Shown: in pieces, positions 29,600 through 43,401 of the stretch | How positions within the stretch are numbered: position 1 is the first letter of the stretch | Layout: each line of letters opens with the position of its first letter | Assembly (NCBI GenBank): GCA_002269645.1 | Contig: NIVC01001747.1 | Span: 151,489 to 215,488, forward strand | DNA: 64,000 bases | Direction of reading: 5' to 3' | Origin: Macrostomum lignano | Taxonomy: Eukaryota | The notes under the pieces: model-generated | What the model saw: only the letters and a program-made list of their open reading frames with translations | What the model was told of the DNA's origin: nothing | Database searches by the model: none | Program-made: the position numbers and the translations under genes

Positions 29600-30130
29600 A
29601 TGGCGCCCACCGAGAGACAGGGGCGCCCAACAAGAGACAGGGGCGCCCAACAAGAGACAGGGGCGCCCAACAAGAGACAGGGGCGCCCAACAAGAGAGTA
29701 GAGACAGGGGCGCCAAACAAGAGACAGGGACGCCCAACAAGAGACAGGGACGCCCAACAAGAGAGTAGAGACAGGGCGCCCAACAAGAGACAGGGGCGCC
29801 CAACAAGAGACAGGGGCGCCCAACAAGAGACAGGGGGCGCCAACCAAAAGATAAGGGCGCCAACTAAGAGACAGGGGGCGCCAACTAAGAGACAGGGGCG
29901 CCAACCAAGAGACAGGGGCACCTTTCATAAAGACAGAGGCGCCTAACAAGAGACAGGGGCGCCCAACAAGAGACAGGGGCGCCCAACAAGAGACAGGGGG
30001 CGCCAACCAAAAGATAAGGGCGCCAACTAAGAGACAGGGGGCGCCAACTAAGAGACAGGGGCGCCAACCAAGAGACAGGGGCACCTTTCATAAAGACAGA
30101 GGCGCCTAACAAAAGGTAGAGGCACCCAAC
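29600..30130. repeat. 20-bp minisatellite (CAAGAGACAGGGGCGCCCAA)n
   Basis: Direct reading; internal ~120-bp block duplicated. Confidence 0.95.
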
Positions 30131-30319
30131 AAGGTCATAAAACTGCATTAAAGACCATTTCATGAGTCGGGGCACCTCATCGGGAGACAATTTGAATTAG
30201 TTAATTTATCAAAATGAATCGCTAATGCTGCAATTAAACAAGAGTTTTAAATAAAACAAACAGTATAGAACGACCCAAAAGTCACAAATAAGATGGTGTT
30301 TTAAATTAGATAGGGCAAC

Positions 30320-30790
30320 TAATAGTGTCCTAATAGGGCCTCTAATAGCGCCCTAATAGCGCCCTAATAGCGCACCTAATAGCGCTGTAATTGTGCCCAT
30401 AATAGAATCCCTAATAGTACACCTAAAAGCTCTCTATGGTTTCCCTAATAGCGACCCTAATAGTCCCATAATAGCGCCCTAATGGTGCCCAAAAGCTACC
30501 TAATAGCAACCTAATAGCGCCCTAATAGCGCCCTAATAGCACACCTAATAGCGCCGTAATTGTGCCTATAATAGCATCCCTAATGGTGCACCTAAAAGCT
30601 CTCTATGGTTTCCCTAATAGCGACCCTAATAGTCCCATAATAGCGCCATGGTGCCCAAGAGCTACCTAATTGCAACCTAATAGCGTCCTAATAGCGCTCC
30701 TAATAGCACCCTAATAGCGTCTCTAATAGTGCACCTAATAGCGCCATAATAGCATCCCTAATAATGCACCTAATAGCGCCCCAAATAAGC
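30320..30790. repeat. 11-bp degenerate repeat (CCCTAATAGCG)n with a duplicated block
   Basis: Direct reading. Confidence 0.9.
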
Positions 30791-31659
30791 TCGCAGCAAC
30801 CCAATAGAGCCCAGCTTCCATCCAGAAAAGTATTAGGTCTCAGGAAATAACCATCCGCACAGAAGACAGGCAGACAGAAGAGATGAGGACAGGAACAAGA
30901 AGCTGTTGTGTTTTTTTGCCGCCTCAGCCAGGCAGGTGGAGAGGCATGAAATGAAATTCAAAAATCGTGACGCGGAATGATTATTTTCCTGATTATCAAG
31001 CCAGCCGAAATTCGAGGTGCTGTACTCGAAGCATTTCACTTAAACATGAATATGTATTATCAAAAAGTCTTGCTCAAGAACAATGCATTGCACTGAGCAT
31101 TCCCCAGAGTCCTCAGAGCAATGCCAGTTGCTGGGCCAGTGCAGCGCAGCGCCCATACTTGAGTCAACAAGCCAGGAGCTTAAACTGCAGCTTATTCATT
31201 AAAAAAAGGTGCGGGGGCAGCAATGACTGGCTTGTTTGCTAAGCGCAGCAAAATCTCGCTGAGGCAGACAGACTAAACGGGCAGACATTCAGAAAGCCGC
31301 TGCTTTTTTCGGCTGGGGTCCGACAAGCGGAATTGTAAAATTCTCAATAATGCCTCAACAATGCTTTCAAAATTTTAAGTTAGCAATACCCCTTGATAGA
31401 TTTATGCTACTATTTGCTTTTCAGTTACTGTAAGTAGTAAGAACGTGTTTTTTAGCCAGACGAAAAGCGTAAAAAATCGTTAAAACAATTTTCCCCAATC
31501 AAATTCGATTTGCAATTTGTCTACTGTTTAGAAGTAGGATAATTAGCATATTTATCATAAAATTATATGTGGAAGATTTGCTAATTTGCATCTACCGGAA
31601 GCCTCCGAACTCACAAGTGCATGCGTGTAATGTTTTATACGTTCAATTCATGGTCCTAC

Positions 31660-32450
31660 TCATTACAAATTGGCTACCTGTTAGATATTGTACACCCGTA
31701 AGATACTGTACGATACATCCGTTAGATACTGTAGATGAGTTAGATACGGTAGATCTGTTAAATACTATAGAACTGTTGGATATTGTAGATGTGTTAGATA
31801 CAGTAGATATGTTATATACTGTAGAACTGTTAAATACTGTAGATGTGTTAGATATTCTAGAACTGTTCGACACACTGCAAAATCCTGTTAGACACTCTGT
31901 ACACCCTGTTAGACACACTGTTAAACCTGTTAGACACATTGGAAACCCTGTTAGACACATTGGAAACCCTGTTAGATACACTTTAAAAAGCTTTTAGACA
32001 CACTGTAAAACCTGTTAGACACACTGTAAAACCTGTTAGACACACTGTAAAACCTGTTAGATACACTGTACACCCTGTTAGATACACTGTAAACCCTGTT
32101 AGATACACTGTACACCCTGTTAGACACACTGTACACCCTGTTAGATACACTTTAAAAAGCTGTTAGACACACTTTAAAACCTGTTAGACACACTAAAACC
32201 TGTTAGACACACTGTAAAACCTGTTAGATACACTGTAAAACCTGTTAGACACACTGCAAACCCTGTTAGAAACACTTTAAAAAGCTGTTAGACACACTGT
32301 AAACCCTGTTAGATACACTTTAAAAATCTGTTAGACGCACTGTAAAACCTGTTAGACACCCTGTAAAACCTGTAAGACACACTGTAAAACCTGTTAGACA
32401 CACTGTACACCCTGTTAGACACACTGTAAAACCTGTTAGACACACTGTAC
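31660..32450. repeat. ~21-bp minisatellite (CTGTTAGACACACTGTAAAAC)n, decaying leftward
   Basis: Direct reading; begins within ~10 bp of the cassette A exon 2 donor. Confidence 0.93.
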
Positions 32451-32456
32451 ACTCAC

Positions 32457-32875
32457 AGGCCTTCCCAGTGCCAACTTTCCTGGTCAGCACATCCTCCCAG
32501 CTCAGCGAGCCAGCCAACTCGAACACGCAGTCGATGCCGTACAGGGCACCGGATATCCTGGTGCACCAGTTCATGAGCGCCTGGCCCAAGCCTCTCAAAC
32601 TGGGGATGTCATCTGACGGCTGGTAGGCCACCTCTCTGAACACAAAGGTCACCCGGCGCCAGCTGTTGTCCCGCATGAACACTCGAATGATGTCTGGCAG
32701 CACCTCCATTCGAAACGGGGTCACCCGGATCATTCTGGTGCCCTGTCTGTCGTGAAAGACGTCTCGCACGGCTCCCGGCGTGACTTCCGGTATCCGATTG
32801 TGAAATGTGAACGGGATGAACTGCGTGATTGCGTAATCAGTCACCGGTCCGAAAAATGCGTGAATGCAGAGCTGC
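32457..32875 (-). CDS. cassette A exon 2: ANF-receptor-family ectodomain
   Basis: Acceptor CCCATCCGCAG at 32876; translation QLCIHAFFGPVTDYAITQF...IRVTP...FMRDNSWRRVTFVF...LTRKVGTGKA; the phase-2 start matches exon 1; donor GCCT/GTGAGT at 32456 (phase 1); 419 nt. Confidence 0.8.
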
Positions 32876-32954
32876 CTGCGGATGGGAGAATTTGGGAATT
32901 GATGTTTTTGTTTTTAACTAATTCACCTTTTCGGATTCTGAAATCGGTAGATGT

Positions 32955-33225
32955 TTGAGATTCTGATAAATTCGGGATTCTGAGAAATTCGGGATTCTGA
33001 GAAATTCGGGATTCTGAGAAATTCAAGATTCTGAGAAATTCGGGGTTCTGAGAAATTCGGGATTCTGAGAAATTCGGGATTCTGAGAAATTCGGGGTTCT
33101 GAGAAATTCGGGGTTCTGAGAAATTCTGGTTTCTGAGAAATTCGGGATTCTGAGAAATTCGGGATTCTGAGAAATTCGGGGTTCTGGGAAATTCGGGATT
33201 CTGAGAAGTTCGGGATTCTTGCGGG
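32955..33225. repeat. 17-bp minisatellite (TTCGGGATTCTGAGAAA)n
   Basis: About 15 copies. Confidence 0.93.
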
Positions 33226-33714
33226 ATTCGAGCATATTTGACGTAAAAATGTCAGCGGACAGCGGAGAACCGGGGAAAATGTCCCAATCTCTTATGTTGG
33301 CAACAAAAGATATGCTCAACTCTGTAGGGAATTCAGATATAAAACTGCACGATGTGGCTACAGCCGAGGCCTACGTGATGTTTGGGACAAAAGAGAAGCA
33401 AGGGATGTTGACCGGTTCCTGGGGGATTTTCTTTAGCAAAAAACCATGATGTTTCTCGATGAAAAGCCATGCAGGATGCTCCCTCCGGGGGGGGGAGGGG
33501 GCTGCATGGCCCTCAGGGTTCTCCGCATGCAGCATCGTTGCTGCCCCCCCCCCCCCCTACTCAAATTCTCTCGGTTCCAGGAAACAGAGAAAAATCCACT
33601 GGCAAACACGGGGTTGAAAACGCCGAGTATTCTTCTAGCAGTGGCGCCTCTGCCTTCTTGAATTGATTAGATCCGTTAAATCTACTTGAATTTGATAACG
33701 ACAAATCAAATCTT

Positions 33715-34200
33715 CTATTTTGGCGCCAATTTAAACTGCTATAGTTGGCACCCAATTAAACAAATATTTGACGCCAAGTTAAATAATATTTGGGCTCGTA
33801 ATTTAACCGTAAGCTAAGAAAATATTTTTGCCGCCAAATTAAATTAAAATTTGGCTCTTAATTTTACCGTAAGTTAAACAAATATTTTAGCGCCAAATTA
33901 AATAGTATTTTGGCTCTTAATTTATTCCTAGGTTAAACAAATGTTTTGGCGCCAAATTAAATAATACTTTGGCGTTTAATTTTAACCGTAAGTTAATTAA
34001 AGTTAATTTTTGGCGCCAAATTGAAAATATTTGGCCCTTAATCTACCCGTAATATTTTGGCGCCGAATTAAACGATAATTAATTTTGGCGTTAAATTAGT
34101 TGCTTAGCTAAACAAAAATTCTGGCGTCGAATTAAAATAATAGTTTAATTTTGCTATTTTGGCGCCAAATAATTTAGGATTATTTTTGCGTTAAATTAAA
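33715..34200. repeat. AT-rich ~60-bp degenerate tandem repeat with recurrent TTTGGCGCCAAATTAAA
   Basis: Direct reading. Confidence 0.75.
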
Positions 34201-34599
34201 ATTCACTCTACTTTCACATCTTCCCGAAAAGAGCTGACCGGCCCAGCACTGGCACGTCTGAACTCGAAAAAAGTAAAATTAATGAAACCGACCAGCTCTG
34301 GCGGCATTCCGTGACCAGGTAAAAACTGAGGGCAAAAGTGAAGAGCGAAAATAATTGAGAAGATCAGAGAGGGCCGGAAGTTGAAATTCAGAGTAGTACG
34401 AGTTGGACAGGAAGTGAAGATTTGGTTATAAAGTAGCTGATAAACTATTCCGATTTTTACTGCTTAGACAGTTTTTGAGTCTGAATTGAAAACCGGAGAA
34501 AAAAAGTCAGAAAAGAGGTTTCCAAGCTGAGTGGACGGACTTTTGTGTGTTTCACAAAAAATGGGTTTCGGTCTCCCTTTCTCCTTCAATCTTAATCCA

Positions 34600-35900
34600 C
34601 TTATTCTAACTCTCACTCTCTCAACTCTCTCCCTCTCTCCCTCTCTCCCTCTCTCCCTTCTCTCCCTATCGATCCCTTCTCTACCCCTCTCTCCTCTCTC
34701 CCTTCTCTCCCTCCTCTATCTCGCTTCTCTCCCTATCTCCCTTCTCTCCTCTCTCCCTTCTCTCCCTCTTCTATCTCCCTTCTTTCCCTATCTCCCTTCT
34801 TTCCCTATCTCCCTTCTCTCCCTATCTCCCTTCTCTCCCTATCTCCCTTCTCTCCCTATCGATCCCTTCTCTACCCCTCTCTCCTCTCTCCCTCCTCTAT
34901 CTCGCTTCTCTCCCTATCTCCCTTCTCTCCTCTCTCCCTTCTCTCCCTCCTCTATCTCCCTTCTTTCCCTATCTCCCTTCTTTCCCTATCTCCCTTCTCT
35001 CCCTATCTCCCTTCTCTCCTCTCTCCCTTCTCTCCCTCCTCTATCTCCCTTCTTTCCCTATCTCCCTTCTTTCCCTATCTCCCTTCTCTCCCTATCTCCC
35101 TTCTCTCCCTATCTCCCTTCTCTCCCCTATCTCCCTTCTCTCCCTATCTCCCTTCTCTCCCTATCCCCTTTCTCTCCTCTCTCCCTTCTCTCCCTATCCC
35201 CTTCTCTCCTCTCTCTCTTCTCTCCCTCCTCTATCTCCCTTCTTTCCCTATCTCCCTTCTCTCCCTATCTCCCTTCTCTCCCTATCCCCCTTCTCTCCCT
35301 ATCCTCCTTCTCTCCCTATCTCCCTTCTCTCCCTATCCCCCTTCTCTCCCTATCCCCCTTCTCTCCCTATCCTCCTTCTCTCCCTATCCCCCTTCTCTCC
35401 CTATCCCCCTTCTCTCCATATCCCCTTCTCTCCCTATCCTCCTTCTCTCCCTATCTCCCTTCTCTCCCTATCTCCCTTCTCTCCCTATCCCCCTTCTCTC
35501 CCTATCCCCCTTCTCTCCCTATCTCCCTTCTCTCCCTATCTCCCTTCTCTCCCTATCCCCCTTCTCTCCCTATCCCCCTTCTCTCCCTATCTCCCTTCTC
35601 TCCCTATCCCCCTTCTCTCCCCATCTCCCCCTCGCCCTCTCTCCCCTCTTTTGACCTCTCTTCCAACTCTTCCCTCTCTTCCTCTCCCTTCTCCTCCTCT
35701 CTCCGTTTCTCCCTATATCCCACCCTCTCCCATCTCTTTTCTCTCCTCTTTATCATCCTCTCTCCTCTCTCACTTCTCGCCTCTGTATCCCCTCTCTCTC
35801 CCGTCACCCTCTCTCGCATCTCTCCTCCCTCCTCTGTATCATCTCTCCCCTCTATTCCTATCATTTCCCTCTTCACTCTCTCCCCCTCTCTTATTGTGAC
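34600..35900. repeat. polypyrimidine 17-bp repeat (CTCCCTATCTCCCTTCT)n with CT-rich flanks
   Basis: Direct reading. Confidence 0.93.
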
Positions 35901-36339
35901 CCATCGCAAGCTCAAGGACCACTAGAATTTACCGTTGTAGCAGAATAAGACATAAAATGTTTCTTAAGTCTAAATAAAAGAGATTTACCCAATCAAAACG
36001 TACCGATCGTAAATGCATATCAAATTTCTTCAATGAGGAGGGGGTTGGGCTCAGGCTTTTTCGTAGCGGAGAGGTTTTCATTTGTATATACGTGTAGGGT
36101 TACGTCGATCGGTGAGCTATTAATTAATGCACATGCCATGTCGCTTCGTCCCACTAAATCTATCTATTGATAATAATATATACTAATGTTGTAATTGAAG
36201 GCGAAATGCACTGCTTGAAAAAAGCACTGGGGGGGGGGAATCATGGACACACCAATTTTGAAGCTATCGTGGCTCAAAGCTATTCCAGGTGTCTTTAAAA
36301 ACACTTACTAACGATTGCTAAATCTACGAGTATTGCTGC

Positions 36340-36950
36340 GCTCTCCCGTCTCCTCTCTCCTCTCTCCCCCTTTCCCCTTCTACCCTCTCTCTACCGCTCC
36401 CCTCTCCTCTCTCTTCGCTTTCTTCCCTTCTCTCTACCTCTGCTCTCTCCTCTCTCCTCTCTCCCCTCCACCTCTCCCCTTCTTTCCCTCTACCGTCTCC
36501 TCTCTGCCCTCCCTCCCCTTCTTCCCTCTCTCCCCTCTCCCCTTCTCCCCCTCTCCCTTTTCTCCCCCCTCTCCCCTTTCTCTACCTCTCTCCCTTTCCT
36601 CTCTCCTCTCTCCCCTCTCCTCTCTCCATTTATTCTCTCCCCTCTCCTCTCACCATTTATTCTCTCCCCTCTCCTCTCACCATTTATTCTCTCCCCTCTC
36701 CTCTCTCCATTTATTCTCTCCCCTCTCCTCTCTCAATTTATTCTCTCCCCTCTCCTCTCTCCATTTATTCTCTCCCCTCTCCTCTCTCCATTTATTCTCT
36801 CCCCTCTCCTCTCTCAATTTATTCTCTCCCCTCTCCTCTCTCCCCCTCTCCCCATCTCCCTTACTCCCCCTCCCCTCTCTTCTCTCTTCCCCTCTTTCCT
36901 GTCTCTTTCTTTCTATTTACTTCTCCCCTCACTTCAACGACACGTAGCTC
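36340..36950. repeat. CT-rich tract with a 24-bp repeat (CCATTTATTCTCTCCCCTCTCCTCTCT-like)
   Basis: Direct reading. Confidence 0.85.
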
Positions 36951-37509
36951 CATCTCCAGCTCCATGAAATTAAAAAAAGAGTTTATTTTGGCAAATATTC
37001 CACAGCTGCTATAATCAACCGCAGCCCAGAATGCCCCAGTTAATTCGGCCGGCTTTCCCCAATAGTAAAGGAAGTGCAGCAGCAGAGCCTGAAGCAGTTA
37101 AGTGCAGACGAAGCCATCGGTGTGAAGCTCCAATCACTGACGACCCGACAGAGATGGCAGGCAGCTGCCCCGCATCCACACTTCAGTTTTTCGGCTGATG
37201 TGTGCTCAGCAAAGTAAGTGGCGAGGTGCGGGGGAGAGAGAGAGAAAGAAAGGGTTTTTTGAGTGGAGGCAAAACTTACTGGCCATAAATAATTAATACT
37301 AATAATGTTTTCTAAGAAAGCTAATCCGCTTCCTCAGCCCCTCCCGAATCCTCGTGGCTCTGCAGAGAGTTTGCTCAAAACTGTTTGCTCAACAAGAGGC
37401 GAGAGCATCGATTCAGTTTTTTTTAACAATGAAGTCTGCTTCTTGTTTTTGCAATCGCTTTTTTGACTTTAAGTAGGATGGCTGGAGTAATTTTATTTTT
37501 GAAAATCCC

Positions 37510-37838
37510 GATTCCACATCTCTCACCTGCATCTCACCCCATCTCTCACGTGAATCTCAACCCATCTCTCACTTGAATCTCAACCCATCTCTCACGTGAA
37601 TCTCAACCCATCTCTCACCTGAATCTCACCCCATCTCTCACCTGCATCTCAACCCATCTCTCACCTGAATCTCAACCCATCTATCACCTGAATCTCAACC
37701 AATCTCTCACTTGAATCTCAACCCATCTCTCACCTGAATCTCAACCCAAATCTCACCTGAATCTCAACAAATCTCTCACCTGCATCTCAACCCATCTCTC
37801 ACAAGCAGAAAGACAGACACAGACAAACAGACAGACAC

Positions 37839-37897
<59 letters not shown>

Positions 37898-37900
37898 GTC

Positions 37901-37989
<89 letters not shown>

Positions 37990-38036
37990 CAGACAGACAG
38001 TCAGACAGACAGACAGACAGACACAGACAGACAGTC

Positions 38037-38097
<61 letters not shown>

Positions 38098-38150
38098 GGC
38101 AGGCAGACAGACAGACAGACAGGCAGACAGACAGACAGACAGGCAGACCC
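37510..38150. repeat. 23-bp repeat (ATCTCAACCCATCTCTCACCTGA)n to ~37800, directly followed by (CAGA)n
   Basis: Direct reading. Confidence 0.93.
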
Positions 38151-38709
38151 ATTCACAATAAAAAGCATTTATCTCAAGCAAGCACCCGCCCGGCAAAGCT
38201 GACTAGAAGCAGAGCTGGAGCCCCGCCAGCGGCAGCAATAATTCCATTAAAAAGGCCGAGGTTCGACCGCACCAATTAAAAATCGTTCATTTCACCACTC
38301 GAGCCGGCCAAAAGTCGGTCATGCAAGGCAAATCTACCCAGAGACATCCCGCTGTGCCACTGAGAGCCACTTCACGAGTAGCCCTGGCCGTGTTTTACCA
38401 GAGCAAGTCCGCCTGCACTTTCCAGCAGCTCAGCAAGCCCCAGAGGCAACACCCAGCACCATCCAATCCCATAATTTCAGCAGACTATAAGCGTGAGGTC
38501 AGTCATTGCTTGCCCCCGTATAATTTGCTAATCGACCAGAGAGAGCTCGGGCACACTTGAAAGATTGAAAAGCAGTGCAGAGTCTGCAGACATGGACTGC
38601 CTGCAGAGTGGAACTGTGAGGAACAGGGGAAGCAGTGATGGCGCAAAAGGAACAAAAGGGGATCAAAGAGGCTCAGAAAGAATGCAGAGGGGACAGAAGG
38701 AACGAGAAA

Positions 38710-40550
38710 AGGCAGAGGGGGCAGAGGGGGCGGGGCAGAGGGGCAGAGGGCGGAGGGGGCAGGGCAGAGGGGCAGAGGGGCAGAGGAGGCAGAGGGGCAG
38801 AGGGGGCAGAGGGGCAGAGGGGCAGAGGGGCAGAGGGGGCGGAGGGGGCAGAGGGAGCGGAGGGGGCGGAGGGAGCAGAGGGGGCAGGGGGGCAGAGGGG
38901 CAGAGGGGCAGAGGGGCAGAGGGGCAGAGGGGCAGAGCCGGCAGAGGGGCAGAGGGGCAGAGGGGCAGAGGGGGCAGAGGGGGCAGAGGGGCAGAGGGGC
39001 AGATGAGCAGAGGGGCAGAGGGGGCGGAGGGGCAGGGCAGAGGGGCAGAGCCGGCAGAGGGGCAGAGGGGGCGGAGGGGTTAGAGGGGGCAGAGGGCAGA
39101 GCCGGCGGAGGGGGCAGAGGGGCAGAGGGGCAGAGGCGGCAGAGGGGCAGAGTGGCAGAGGAGCAGAGGGGCGGAGGGGGCAGGGCAGAGGGGGCGGAGG
39201 GGGCAGAGGGGCAGAGGGGGCGGAGGGGGCAGGGGGGGCAGAGGGGCAGAGGGGCGGAGGGGGCAGAGGGGCAGAGCCGGCAGAGGGGTAGAGAGGGCAA
39301 AGGGGCAGACGGGCAGAGGGGCAGAGGGGGCGGAGGGGGCAGAGGGGCAGAGGGGCAGAGGGGCAGAGGGCAGAGGGGCGGAGGAGCAGAGCCGGCAGAG
39401 GGGGTAGAGAGGGCAAAGGGGCAGAGGGGCAGAGGGGCAGAGGGGGCGGAGGGGGCAGAGGGGCAGAGGGCAGAGGGGCAGAGGGGCAGAGGGGCGGAGG
39501 GGGCAGGGCAGAGGGGGCAGAGGGGCAGGGGGGGCAGAGGGGCAGAGGGGCGGAGGGGGCAGAGGGGCAGAGCCGGCAGAGGGGCAGAGAGAGCAGAGGG
39601 GGCAGGGGGGCAGAGGGCAGAGGGGCGGAGGGGCAGAGGGGCAGAGCCGGCAGAGGGGGCAGAGGGGGCGGAGGGGGCAGAGGAGCAGAGCCGGCAGAGG
39701 GGGTAGAGAGGGCAAAGGGGCAGAGGGGCAGAGGGGCAGAGGGGGCGGAGGGGGCAGAGGGGGCAGGGGGGCAGAGGGGCAGAGGGGCAGAGGTGGCAGA
39801 GGGGCAGAGGGGCAGATGAGCAGAGGGCAGAGGGGGCGGAGGGGGCAGGGCAGAGGGGCAGAGCCGGCAGAGGGGTAGAGGGAGCAGAGGGGGCAGGGGG
39901 CAGAGGGGCAGAGGGGGCGGAGGGGCAGAGGGGCAGAGCCGGCAGAGGGGCAGAGGGGCGGAGGGGGCAGAGGAGCAGAGCCGGCAGAGGGGTAGAGAGG
40001 GCAGAGGGGGCAGGGGGGCAGAGGGGCAGAGGGGGCAGAGGGGCAGAGGGGCAGAGCCGGCAGAGGGGCAGAGGGGCAGAGGGGCAAAGGGGGCGGGGCA
40101 GAGGGGCAGAGGGCGGAGGGGCAGGGCAGAGGGGCAGAGGGGCAGAGGGGCAGAGGGGCAGAGGAGGCAGAGGGGCAGAGGGGCAGAGGGGCAGAGGGGC
40201 AGAAGGGCAGAGGGGGCGGAGGGGGCAGAGGGAGCGGAGGGGGCGGAGGGAGCAGAGGGGGCAGGGGGCAGAGGGGCAGAGGGGCAGAGGGGCAGAGGTG
40301 GCAGAGGGGCAGAGGGGCAGATGAGCAGAGGGGCAGAGGGGGCGGAGGGGGCAGGGCAGAGGGGCAGAGCCGGCAGAGGGGCAGAGGGGGCGGAGGGGTT
40401 AGAGGGGGCAGAGGGGCAGAGCCGGCGGAGGGGCAGAGGGGCAGAGGGGGCAGAGGGGCAGAGGGCAGAGTGGCAGAGGGGCAGAGGGGGCGGAGGGGGC
40501 AGGGCAGAGGGGGCGGAGGGGGCAGAGGGGCAGAGGGGCGGAGGGGGCAG
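38710..40550. repeat. G-rich 8-bp minisatellite (GGGGCAGA)n
   Basis: Direct reading. Confidence 0.96.
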
Positions 40551-41129
40551 ACAGATAAAACAGGTGATAGAAGAGAAGGATGGAGTCACCCAGAGCAGAT
40601 CCCCATGGCCAATGTCATTAGTAGAGCTTAGCGTATTTAATAAAAACGTTCACAGAGCAACTGGAGATGTTCAAAAAAGTTGATGAAGCCAATGACTCTC
40701 AAAGATCGTCTCCACACCGCCTCTCATCGAAATTCGCTAATAAAGCCCCCATCTCGACCCCCCTCCTCCCCAGACTCTAATTGGGATTTCTGCCTCGCGG
40801 AAGATGACGGCTTGCAGGGATTCCTTCCTGATCAGAACAGTAATCACACGCTGGAGCAGCCCTGCGCTGAAGGTGCTGGCAGCTGAAGTAATTTTCATAT
40901 TTTTAGACTCAGCCTCAGCCGTGCGCGCTTGTTAAAGAAGAAAAACAACCTGGCAACGGAGGCTGGTAAATAGTTGCCGGGTTTGGCTATGCAGCTGTTT
41001 CAAACTGCTCTGCTACACGCTGGGTTGCCATTCTTTTATTTACAGTTAGCAGACAGGCATACTGTATAATCATTAAGATAAACGGACTTGAAAATACGCA
41101 TGTACATCGATTTTACTCATAGATTAAAC

Positions 41130-42260
41130 ACTTGGACATGCAGACACATTGACATACAGACACATTGACATGCAGACACATAGACATACAGACACATAGA
41201 CATACAGACACATAGACATGCAGACACAGACATGCAGACACATAGACATACAGACATAAGCATGCAGACACAGACATGCAGACACATAGACATACAGACA
41301 TAGACATGCAGACACAGACATGCAGACACATAGACATACAGACATAAGCATGCAGACACAGACATGCAGACACATAGAAATACAGACATAGACATGCAGA
41401 CACAGACATGCAGACACATAGACATACAGACATAGACATGCAGACACAGACATGCAGACACATAGACATGCAGACACAGACATGCAGACACAGACATGCA
41501 GACATAAGCATGCAGACACAGACATGCAGACACAGACATGCAGACACAGACATGCAGACATAAGCATGCAGACACAGACATGCAGACACATAGACATGCA
41601 GACACAGACATGCAGACACATAGACATACAGACATAGACATGCAGACACAGACATGCAGACACATAGACATGCAGACACAGACATGCAGACACAGACATG
41701 CAGACACAGACATGCAGACACAGACATGCAGACATAAGCATGCAGACACAGACATGCAGACACATAGACATACAGACATAAGCATGCAGACACAGACATG
41801 CAGACACATAGACATACAGACATAGACATGCAGACACAGACATGCAGACACATAGACATGCAGACACATAGACATGCAGACACAGACATGCAGATACATA
41901 GACTTGGAGACACACAGACATGCAGACACAGACATGCAGACACATAGACATACAGACATAAGCATGCAGACACAGACATGCAGACACAGACATACAGACA
42001 TAAGCATGCAGACACAGACATGCAGACACATAGACATGCAGACACAGACATGCAGACACAGACATGCAGACACAGACATGCAGACACATAGACATACAGA
42101 CATAAGCATGCAGACACAGACATGCAGACACATAGACATGCAGACACAGACATGCAGACACAGACATGCAGACACAGACATGCAGACACATAGAAATACA
42201 GACATAAGCATGCAGACACAGACATGCAGACACATAGACATACAGACACAGATATGCAAA
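41130..42260. repeat. 14-bp-based minisatellite (CAGACACAGACATG)n with 16-bp variants
   Basis: Direct reading. Confidence 0.95.
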
Positions 42261-42859
42261 CACTGGCAAAATAATGATTTCCCTATTTAATCTAATTGAT
42301 TGAATTCTACAAATCCGATGAATTACAAATTAAGAGCAAAGATTTCAGAACAGGGAAAGGAATCGAGCCGCTCACATGCCGCCCCCAGGAGAAGACTAGG
42401 GCTGAGACTGGCCCCTAAGCGCCGATACAATCTCCTCAGAATGATAATTAGAATTAGGGAGAGAAAGAGGATCCCCGCCTGCCCCCAAGCTCAGATCGAA
42501 ACCTGAGAAGGATTGGAGGGGAGATGATGGGGAGCTGTTATCCCAACCGGCATCGGGGCAATCAATCACCGCGTTGCAGTTTCAAGATCGATTCCCCTAA
42601 CCCCCCTCGCCTTCCATGCGGGATTTCTAGGCCGGAAATGAGCTTTGATACCCCTCAAAAACTGCTGCTGCTGCTGCAACTCAGATCTGTAAACTCTGGG
42701 ACATCGGCAGGCAGGGAGTTTATCTTGTGTGTCGCCTCTCAAACCCCAGGGCGATTTTCAAATACCAATAGAATTCGAAAATGAGGCCTGTCAAGATGAC
42801 TAATGTCATATATGGTTCTCTTCTTCTCAACTCAGTTCTTAGAAGTTTATGAGTCTTAT

Positions 42860-43300
42860 TCTAGGATGAGATAGGGGTGAGATTGGATAAGATTGGGGTG
42901 AGTTTGAGGATGAGATAAGGGTGAGATAGGAGATGAGATTGTGGTGAGATTGGAGATGAAGTCGGGGTGAGAATTGAGCATAAGATCAGGTTGAGAATTA
43001 GGAATGAGATCGGACTAAGATTGAAGATGATTTTGGGGTGAGATTGGAGATTAAATTGGGGTGAGTTTGAGGATGAGATCAGGTTGAGAATTTTGGGATG
43101 AGATCGGGTGAGATAGTGGATTAGATCGGGTGAGATTAGAGATTTAATTGGGGTGAGATAGGAGATGAGATTGGGTAAGTTTGAAGATGAGATCGGACTG
43201 AGATTGGAGATGAGATAGGAGATGAGACTATGGATGAGACAGAAGTGAGATAAGTGATGAGATTAATGAGATCAGTTTGAGATTAAAATGAAATTTATCA
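42860..43300. repeat. degenerate GATGAGATTGGGGTGA-type repeat
   Basis: Direct reading. Confidence 0.8.
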
Positions 43301-43401
43301 TGATTGATCAAGATGTACATGAGGTGAGGAATCAATTTTGGAGAGTAAAAATCCATTTGGTGTCAAGAATTGCAGGTAAGAAAATCAGCAGCGACTCTCA
43401 C

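Noticed and set aside
29573-30130. CRISPR-like array (20-40 bp repeats)
   Set aside because: All arrays in the window are head-to-tail with no unique spacers; eukaryotic context, no cas genes
33219-33449. 76-aa plus-strand ORF
   Set aside because: Antisense within the cassette A intron, with no recognisable domain or splice support
34531-42290. Pro/Ser/Leu-rich, Gly/Arg-rich and Cys/Val-rich ORFs
   Set aside because: Translations of CT-rich, GGGGCAGA and CAGACATG repeats
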